From: a virus
Lineage: Duplodnaviria > Heunggongvirae > Uroviricota > Caudoviricetes
Direction: 5' to 3' (one strand)
Length of the DNA stretch: 23,990 nucleotides
Virus record (IMG/VR): IMGVR_UViG_3300009502_000019
Shown here: piece by piece, positions 1-5,993 of the stretch
Numbering within the stretch: position 1 is the first letter of the stretch
Layout: every line of letters begins with the position of its first letter
Notes under the pieces: generated by a model
Told to the model about the DNA's origin: nothing
Seen by the model: the letters and a program-made list of their open reading frames with translations, nothing else
The model's database searches: none
Translations under genes and position numbers: made by a program

Positions 1-90
1 AGCCACCTCTTCTTGGCTAGCGGCCTTGAAGACTGGATTACCGGACTCAACCATGCTCTTGATAAGTGTAATGTCCTTCTCTAAGCTCAC
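1..90 (-). CDS. Leader/VFKAA-motif protein, 5' part only (runs off left edge)
   Basis: Not in the ORF track. GTG at 88-90 overlaps the TGA of the upstream gene (GTGA). Translates MSLEKDITLIKSMVESGNPVFKAASQEEVA..., the same leader as neighbouring genes. Confidence 0.85.
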   Translation of the reverse strand, partial: MSLEKDITLIKSMVESGNPVFKAASQEEVA

Positions 91-605
91 GATGTGTATT
101 CCTCAGGGTATCCTGAATCAAGCACGTCGAAGATCTTCACGTCCTGTGCGCTGTGCATGTCATCTGAAAACAGGTCGATCTCTTCAAACCTGCTCTGGGC
201 ATCTTCCGGGCTTGCCGCTTCGATAACTGCATAGCACTTGTAGATGAAACGGTAGAGCTTAGTCCCGCGGGCCGCCCGGCGCTTATTTAGCTCCGCCTGG
301 TCAGCTGCCTTGAAAACTGGCTTAGCTTCAGTTACACTAGCTTTGTAAGCATTAACCGCATTTACAATTAACTTTCCGTTCGCTTCCATTTCATCAGAGT
401 CGTACTCATCCCCAAACAACTTAGCAATACGATACTTGCCATCTGCAGACTCAATGATCTTTGGAGATCTCTTAGAAATAGCCCAAGGCCTCTGAGTTGC
501 CGTCACATTTCTACGTGCTTGTGCTTCTTCAGGGCTAGCCGCCTTAAATACAGGCTTAGCTTCCACCATCTTCTTGATCTCTGCTGCGTCTTTAGACAGG
601 CTCAT
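87..605 (-). CDS. Leader/VFKAA-motif protein with two motif copies, each followed by a different small domain
   Basis: MSLSKDAAEIKKMVEAKPVFKAASPEEAQARR..., with an internal VTEAKPVFKAADQAELNKRR. ATGA overlap with the upstream gene. Confidence 0.85.
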   Translation of the reverse strand: MSLSKDAAEIKKMVEAKPVFKAASPEEAQARRNVTATQRPWAISKRSPKIIESADGKYRIAKLFGDEYDSDEMEANGKLIVNAVNAYKASVTEAKPVFKAADQAELNKRRAARGTKLYRFIYKCYAVIEAASPEDAQSRFEEIDLFSDDMHSAQDVKIFDVLDSGYPEEYTS

Positions 606-1294
606 TTAGTCACCATGTTCTTTCTTCTAGTCTCCCAGCCACGTTTAGCTGAGTCACTCTTACCAAACATCGGATTGGCGCTTCCATACCGGTGAACCCC
701 AAACATACCATTGCTTTTGCCTGACTGGTCTGGCCGATTCTCCTTCATTCCCTTCCTAGCTTTCTCTGTATGCCGTCTACCGTACATACCATTATTCTTG
801 CCAACCCTACTCCCAGTAGAGCATCTAACCCAGCCGGCAATAATGTATTCACTAAGCATCTCAGGAGCAATCATACGTCTTTCACCAGTAGCCTTGTTAC
901 GAACATATCGATACGTTTTGCCATACCTAGGACAGTTAGACCCACTCAACTCTCCACGCTTACCCATGCAAAAACAGCACACACAATCACTAGAGTGACG
1001 AGTAAGGCCGCCGCCTCCGTCGCCACCCTCAGATATGTTGTAGAGCTTGTCTGCCCCATACGTAGCTTTGTACTTGGCTATGTGCTCTACTTCAAGCTCG
1101 TTAAGCTCATCCTTAGTTCTTGCATAAGCAATTGGCCTTGTTGTAAAAGCTTTCTTACCATATTTTTTAATTGCACGGTTTATACGCGTGCCCCCTCCGT
1201 GATACCAAGACTCAAAAGCGCCCTTATGCTTACCGACATAAAGCATCCCCGTCGCACTATTTATCGTTTCATATATGTACCCGTAGTTATTCAT
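602..1294 (-). CDS. Free-standing GIY-YIG homing endonuclease (T4 Seg-like) with NUMOD3-like C-terminal repeats
   Basis: GYIYETIN...LYVGKH, AIKKYG, ELNELE...YNISEGGDGG catalytic-domain pattern. C-terminal GKNNGMYGRRHT / GKSNGMFG / GSANPMFGK repeats. Confidence 0.9.
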   Translation of the reverse strand: MNNYGYIYETINSATGMLYVGKHKGAFESWYHGGGTRINRAIKKYGKKAFTTRPIAYARTKDELNELEVEHIAKYKATYGADKLYNISEGGDGGGGLTRHSSDCVCCFCMGKRGELSGSNCPRYGKTYRYVRNKATGERRMIAPEMLSEYIIAGWVRCSTGSRVGKNNGMYGRRHTEKARKGMKENRPDQSGKSNGMFGVHRYGSANPMFGKSDSAKRGWETRRKNMVTK

Positions 1295-1300
1295 AGAGTC

Positions 1301-1576
1301 CTATCGGTAAAAATAGCACATGTTCTCTTCTGGGCTGTAGCACCAACATAAATCTTCTTGGTCGTTGTACCCCCACCGAGGGTTGTGAATGTTCTCGTGT
1401 ACTTCCTCAACTTCACACATCTCGCTAAAAAGATTGCTTGTAAGCTCCATGCTCTCTCTAATAACCTCAGAGAGCTGCTCGTCTGTATAGCCGATCTCTT
1501 CTTCAGCATTGATGCTGTCGGCAACGAAGTACTTCTTCCTGGATTCGATGAGTTCTTTTAATAGTTCCGCGTACAT
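1301..1576 (-). CDS. Hypothetical acidic protein (likely start MYAELLKELIES at 1576)
   Basis: Fills the gap between flanking genes. AGGA Shine-Dalgarno-like sequence upstream of the ATG at 1576; the track's longer start at 1630 overlaps the upstream gene. Confidence 0.7.
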   Translation of the reverse strand: MYAELLKELIESRKKYFVADSINAEEEIGYTDEQLSEVIRESMELTSNLFSEMCEVEEVHENIHNPRWGYNDQEDLCWCYSPEENMCYFYR

Positions 1577-1589
1577 AATTATTCCTATT

Positions 1590-1865
1590 TTATTCAGCAA
1601 CGTAAGTGGCATCGACTGTAACAACGCCATCCGGAGTTATTCTTAAAAACTTATACGTAATGTCTGACGGCATTTCATTCCCAACTAAAGAATCAAGGTG
1701 TTCGTTAAGCTCGTTCACATCCACAAGATTCCAAAGATCAAACTTAAACCTGTGCGTCTTAAAGGGATTGGGTCTCTTAGCCACTTCTTCCCTACTAGCT
1801 GCTTTGAACACAGGCTTAGCTTCAACAAGTTTCTTTATCTCTGAGACATCTTTAGATAGGCTCAT
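1590..1865 (-). CDS. Leader/VFKAA-motif protein (start MSLSKD at 1865)
   Basis: MSLSKDVSEIKKLVEAKPVFKAASREEVAKR followed by a unique ~60-aa domain. The ATG sits 1 nt after the upstream TGA. Confidence 0.85.
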   Translation of the reverse strand: MSLSKDVSEIKKLVEAKPVFKAASREEVAKRPNPFKTHRFKFDLWNLVDVNELNEHLDSLVGNEMPSDITYKFLRITPDGVVTVDATYVAE

Positions 1866-1866
1866 A

Positions 1867-2205
1867 TCACCACACAACCTTATCCATGTTTTCTAAGTCA
1901 TACTCGTAACACTCGCCGCAGCTGGTCGCACTGCGATCGCCTGTCTCGTCGACACCACAATACCCGTCAACAAACTTGCCGTCCTTGAGCTTAGCGTTTT
2001 CTGTAGCCCATTCGTAAGTACACGAGAGAGACGTCGGAACAGCCTCGCAGACGTTGCACCACACCTTGCCTTCTGCTAACGCCTTCTGCTTCGCTGAGGA
2101 CATCACACTCTTACGCTTATCCATATCCTCTGGCCCGGCAGCTTTGAAGACTGGACTTGCCTCAAACATTCTCTTAAGTGATGTCACTGCTTCGTGTAAG
2201 CTCAT
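1867..2205 (-). CDS. Leader/VFKAA-motif protein with a putative Zn-binding domain (CxxC...CxxC)
   Basis: MSLHEAVTSLKRMFEASPVFKAAGPEDMDKR, then EGKVWCNVC...SCGEC. Paralog of 3716..4069. Confidence 0.85.
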   Translation of the reverse strand: MSLHEAVTSLKRMFEASPVFKAAGPEDMDKRKSVMSSAKQKALAEGKVWCNVCEAVPTSLSCTYEWATENAKLKDGKFVDGYCGVDETGDRSATSCGECYEYDLENMDKVVW

Positions 2206-2627
2206 AATGCTATAGCTCCGAGTTCTTTCAGCTCCTGCTTAGCCGTCTCTTCAGGAATAACAGTGTTATCTTCCGAGTAATACTCTATGTCGGTTGAATC
2301 GGCATCAGGAGGAGGAATACTTACTACCATTCGCTTGCCTGATCTTTTGTTAAAGACAATGTAAAATGAATAGCCAAGTGCGTAATATCTAGAGAACGTA
2401 TTCCTTGACGCGTCAGGGCTTGAGATTTCCCACTTAGTACCCTTGCCGTACTCGATCGCAAGTTCCTTAGACTCAAGCTCAACAACCCTCACATCAGCAG
2501 TATCCAGTACGACCCAGGACTTGTAGATCTCCCGACGCGCCACAACCTCTTCCGGGTCGGCCGCTCTAAACACCCAGTTCGCTTCAAACATCTTCTTAAG
2601 TGATGTCACTGCTTCGTATAGATTCAT
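2202..2627 (-). CDS. Leader/VFRAA-motif protein with one copy of a 'YGKGTKW' phage domain of unknown function
   Basis: MNLYEAVTSLKKMFEANWVFRAADPEEVVARR, then AIEYGKGTKW...FSRYYALGYSFYIVFNK, which aligns with both repeats in 2624..3715. Confidence 0.85.
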   Translation of the reverse strand: MNLYEAVTSLKKMFEANWVFRAADPEEVVARREIYKSWVVLDTADVRVVELESKELAIEYGKGTKWEISSPDASRNTFSRYYALGYSFYIVFNKRSGKRMVVSIPPPDADSTDIEYYSEDNTVIPEETAKQELKELGAIAL

Positions 2628-3715
2628 GCAGGAACTCCATATTTAGCCGCCATCTTTTTAAAATTAGCGGGAATCATTCGTTCGTCCCACAGTGTCACCT
2701 TACTGCCACCATCAGCAGGCGGCTGAAGCATCAAGTATTTATGATCATCAATCTTTGAAAACCAGTAATATATGTTGTATCCGCTCATTCCGTAGTAATT
2801 ACCAAATTGATTATCGGAAGGAGCGGCCACAAACCATTCAGTACCCTTACCGAGCTCGATCGCAGTATCCACATCATCTATGTAGTAGATTTTTATCTTA
2901 GGCGAGTCATACACTACACTGGCTTCACCTATTGTGAACTCTTTTGGAGCATACTTATCAAACATCCCAGCTAAATCACTAGCAGACAACCCTAGTTGAC
3001 TAAGGATGGTATCTACCCCCCTGTCATTGCGGTAATAGCCACGGTCTTCCTTTGTCCATAATATCCATTCATACCTAGGCGTGCTAGATGGATCCTCGTG
3101 CCCAAACACGCGAGGTGAAAGCAACCTGTAGGATACCGCAAACTTGTCTGATTCCTCATTAGTAGGATTCTTAGCTAAAATGTAATAGAGCCTCTTGTTT
3201 GCAGTATGGTAGTTACTAAACAGATTGCCTCTTCCCATAGCGGCCGTGCACCACTTAGACCCTCTTCCATAGTAAATAGCTTCGTTCTTATCACGGGGTT
3301 CAATAATCACAACCTTGTCATTGTCAAGTCTCACAATATCTGCTGGGATCTTACCAATCTCTTTAGACCCTTTCCTAAGAGAAGATCCGGTAAATATACC
3401 TTGGGAATCCTCCACTGCTTTCTCCACATCTTGGATGCTTTTATAAGAATATATATCGCTATTCTTAATAATCCCCCGAAAAGCCAAGTCGTGGAACTGC
3501 CGGATAATATCGAACTTTCCTAACTCGGGTGTGGTAATGTATTGCCTGCACATCCACACAAGGTACTTCTTCTGACTGGTCGGATCTTTCTCAGAAAGCT
3601 GCTCAAATGCATCCTCAGCAATCTTCCCCAAGTCAACAAACGTACGTTTAGCGTCTGCATACCCTTCATGCAGCTGAGCCATCACCTGAGTAACGTCGTT
3701 TTCTAAGCTCATCAA
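2624..3715 (-). CDS. Uncharacterised phage protein with a leader-like N-terminus, a DPT..KKY..W domain and two 'YG(R/K)G(S/T)xW' domains
   Basis: MSLENDVTQVMAQLHE leader without VFKAA. Contains KDPTSQKKYLVW, AIYYGRGSKWCTAA...NLFSNY...LYYIL and AIELGKGTEWF...FGNYY...IYYWF. Start is TTG 3715 or ATG 3712. Confidence 0.8.
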   Translation of the reverse strand: MMSLENDVTQVMAQLHEGYADAKRTFVDLGKIAEDAFEQLSEKDPTSQKKYLVWMCRQYITTPELGKFDIIRQFHDLAFRGIIKNSDIYSYKSIQDVEKAVEDSQGIFTGSSLRKGSKEIGKIPADIVRLDNDKVVIIEPRDKNEAIYYGRGSKWCTAAMGRGNLFSNYHTANKRLYYILAKNPTNEESDKFAVSYRLLSPRVFGHEDPSSTPRYEWILWTKEDRGYYRNDRGVDTILSQLGLSASDLAGMFDKYAPKEFTIGEASVVYDSPKIKIYYIDDVDTAIELGKGTEWFVAAPSDNQFGNYYGMSGYNIYYWFSKIDDHKYLMLQPPADGGSKVTLWDERMIPANFKKMAAKYGVPA

Positions 3716-4069
3716 TCACCAATCATTCAGCTTGTCTATTATTTGCTTCTCATTCACTAAATTACCCTGGTAGCAGTCAACGCAGACAATGTAGTTAGGC
3801 TCCTGAACGTTCACCTCTCCCAAGCTAGCGATGGACTTGCCATCGTCTTTAAGCCGTACCTTCTGATTAGCTATACCAAACTCAACCATAAGCGCTCTAG
3901 GAACCTTCATGCAGTCATTGCACCATACCTTGCCCTCGGCAATAGCGGCCTTCTTCTCAGCGGCTATAGGTCCCATGCGCCTGGTTAGTTCATCACCACC
4001 AGCAGCCTTGAAGACGTTGTCAGCTTCCATGATCTTCTTGAGTGATGTAATGTCTTTTTCCAGGCTCAT
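3716..4069 (-). CDS. Leader/VFKAA-motif protein with a putative Zn-binding domain (CxxC...CxxC)
   Basis: MSLEKDITSLKKIMEADNVFKAAGGDELTRR, then EGKVWCNDC...VCVDC. Paralog of 1867..2205. Confidence 0.85.
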   Translation of the reverse strand: MSLEKDITSLKKIMEADNVFKAAGGDELTRRMGPIAAEKKAAIAEGKVWCNDCMKVPRALMVEFGIANQKVRLKDDGKSIASLGEVNVQEPNYIVCVDCYQGNLVNEKQIIDKLNDW

Positions 4070-5763
4070 TGAAAAATCTTCTCCAAGTGATCAACATCCA
4101 CATTCCTAAGTCCCTTACCATCCTGGAACTTGATGTCGGCCCTGACATCGTGCACTACCCAGTTAGTCCCGTAAGTATTTGTGCGCATGTCAGTAACTTT
4201 GCAAAACCTGCGGTAGTACTTGCTTGATGGATTTCCGCCCATGTACATTGCTGTGTCCCCAACCTGAATCTTTGACTCAGGACGCTTAGCTACATCTTCT
4301 GGACTTGCTGCTTTGAACACTTCCTCAGCCGCTTCATTCGTCACAGGAGTCAGGTAATCCTCAGTAGTCCACCTAAAGAAAATAAATGGGTGCACGAACT
4401 TAACTTCGTAACGGTAAAGCACCCCGCCTGTTGAGTCTTCAACAGGGCGATACATCGCTATCGTTCCAATGCGCCCATCCAAGTAATCATCAATGCCGCG
4501 TATTGAAGTGTGGTAGACAACCCGCTGACCATTTTGGAACTTAGGCTGCTTGATCCCACGCCTTGCAAGCTCTTCCTGGTTAGCAGCCTTAAATACTGGC
4601 TTGTTGACTGACTGATGCTTGTAGTCCGTTCCGCTAAGAGTCTCGTGGCTGATCAGATTCTCATCCCCTGCGTTAGGCATCACACCCGCCTCTTCGATCT
4701 TCTCGCCGCGAGCATGTATCGTAGCCGCGATCCAGTCCATGATCGTATCCATGCACTGTGCGCCTATTGCTGACCTGTTCTCATCCCCACCGTGCAGTAC
4801 TAGACCCACCCCGCGACAGCCCACCCTGCGGTAATGTCCAATCCTCTCATCCTTCCCAAAGATTGTGCTTACGTAATACCCGCCGTGGTAGCCATTGTCG
4901 AACTCAACTGTCCACTTAGGAGCATCTGAGTCTGACCAGTCCGACCGGCGCTTGTATAGTAAAACGTCCACGTTCCTCTTGTACTCAGCGTCGTAGAAAG
5001 ACTTGCTTACTTCCCCCGTCTTCCGGTCCAGATCTTCCCTGCGCTTGGCCACATCCTCAGCGCTAGCCGCTTTGAACACATGATCAGCCTCAAAGATACT
5101 CTTTAGGTCCGCAGTCATCCTGCCTACGTTCTTAACTGACTCGTTGTGGACAGGCTCATTATCTTCAGCGTTGTCTCTGTAGACATAAGTACCCTTCTTC
5201 TCGTCGTATACATACTCATCCGCGCCATACCCCTTAACATCAAACGCTAGCTCATAGGCTTCCTTGCTTCCTTCCTCTATGCCAGCGTTGTAGGTCTCAC
5301 TGCCTCCACGATACTCGAGCTCCCCGCAGTTCTGGCCAAAGTCCTCGTCAGCATACCTAACTTTGATAGTGACATCCGGGAACTTCTCGCTAAGTGCTCT
5401 AAAGATAGCGTAAGGAGCCCCCCAAGCAGTATCAAACCGCATCGTATGGTCATCTACCTTCTCTTGGCTGTAGGCATTCCACTTAGTGTCCCAATGCTCA
5501 ATGTTCCAGTTGTACCATCCCTGGTTCCTATATGCCTTCGTCTTAGGAGCCGGGATGATCTTGCCGAAGTCAATCTCGTGGATGTCTACTTTTCTGCGGG
5601 CCACCTCTTCTTCAGAGGCCGCAGCAAATACCACACCAGCCTTGCGAGCCGGAAGTGGCTTACTGGCAAGCGTTGGGTCCACAGGAGAGATGGCAGCAAA
5701 GATCTCTTTTACTCTCTTGGTAGGGCCTTCTATGGTGAGTATGTTCGTTACGTGATTAGGCAT
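4066..5763 (-). CDS. Mosaic multidomain protein: N-terminal YubB/Api92-like (DUF1281-type ferredoxin-like) domain plus three further domains, with four VF(K/A)AA motifs
   Basis: MPNHVTNILTI...IDFGKIIP...WYNWNIEHWDTKWNA...FDTAWGAP...LSEKFP...YADED pattern. Motifs at aa 45, 229, 390 and 482. The last two domains look SH3/KOW-like (KFQNGQRVVY..., KIQVGDTAMY...). Confidence 0.8.
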   Translation of the reverse strand: MPNHVTNILTIEGPTKRVKEIFAAISPVDPTLASKPLPARKAGVVFAAASEEEVARRKVDIHEIDFGKIIPAPKTKAYRNQGWYNWNIEHWDTKWNAYSQEKVDDHTMRFDTAWGAPYAIFRALSEKFPDVTIKVRYADEDFGQNCGELEYRGGSETYNAGIEEGSKEAYELAFDVKGYGADEYVYDEKKGTYVYRDNAEDNEPVHNESVKNVGRMTADLKSIFEADHVFKAASAEDVAKRREDLDRKTGEVSKSFYDAEYKRNVDVLLYKRRSDWSDSDAPKWTVEFDNGYHGGYYVSTIFGKDERIGHYRRVGCRGVGLVLHGGDENRSAIGAQCMDTIMDWIAATIHARGEKIEEAGVMPNAGDENLISHETLSGTDYKHQSVNKPVFKAANQEELARRGIKQPKFQNGQRVVYHTSIRGIDDYLDGRIGTIAMYRPVEDSTGGVLYRYEVKFVHPFIFFRWTTEDYLTPVTNEAAEEVFKAASPEDVAKRPESKIQVGDTAMYMGGNPSSKYYRRFCKVTDMRTNTYGTNWVVHDVRADIKFQDGKGLRNVDVDHLEKIFQ

Positions 5764-5922
5764 CTACTTCTTGTCCTCATTGGCTTTCATAACGTTAAGG
5801 CTAAGCTCCTTAAACGCCTTCTGAAGATCCGCATGATCTCCCACAGCGGTTAACTTGCACTCTAGTGGGTTCTTCTTGTCGTCGTACTTCGTAACTTCAA
5901 ATGTCAGCTCTCTTACAGCCAT
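5764..5922 (-). CDS. Small hypothetical protein, 52 aa (below track cut-off)
   Basis: MAVRELTFEVTKYDDKKNPLECKLTAVGDHADLQKAFKELSLNVMKANEDKK. Its TAG directly abuts the ATG of 4066..5763, and there is an AGGGGG SD upstream. Confidence 0.75.
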   Translation of the reverse strand: MAVRELTFEVTKYDDKKNPLECKLTAVGDHADLQKAFKELSLNVMKANEDKK

Positions 5923-5993
5923 TATTTCCCCCTATCCGGACAGTCTGTCCTAGGGCAACTGCCGCACCTCTTGGAATCGTGAATACAGGACAC
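5922..5993 (-). CDS. Possible 23-aa Cys-rich micro-ORF bridging the portal stop and the next start
   Basis: GTG overlaps the portal TAG (TAGTG). Translates MSCIHDSKRCGSCPRTDCPDRGK. Its TAA overlaps the next ATG (TAATG). Confidence 0.4.
   Translation of the reverse strand: MSCIHDSKRCGSCPRTDCPDRGK

Larger units (their letters stand above)
19..5631 (-). repeat. Dispersed protein-level repeat VF(K/R/A)AA..E(E/D/A)...R, 11 copies
   Basis: Core 15-nt blocks at 19-33, 303-317, 537-551, 1797-1811, 2137-2151, 2559-2573, 4001-4015, 4306-4320, 4582-4596, 5065-5079 and 5617-5631. Synonymous codons differ between copies. Confidence 0.95.

Noticed and set aside
2172-2617. Diversity-generating retroelement TR/VR pair
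   Set aside because: The identity is short and at gene 5' ends, the flanking differences are not adenine-specific, and no reverse transcriptase is present.
1-5763. Integron-like cassette array or CRISPR-like repeat-spacer array
   Set aside because: The repeats are in-frame coding, synonymously diverged and irregularly spaced. Genes overlap by ATGA, leaving no room for attC sites or non-coding repeats, and no integrase or cas gene is in the window.
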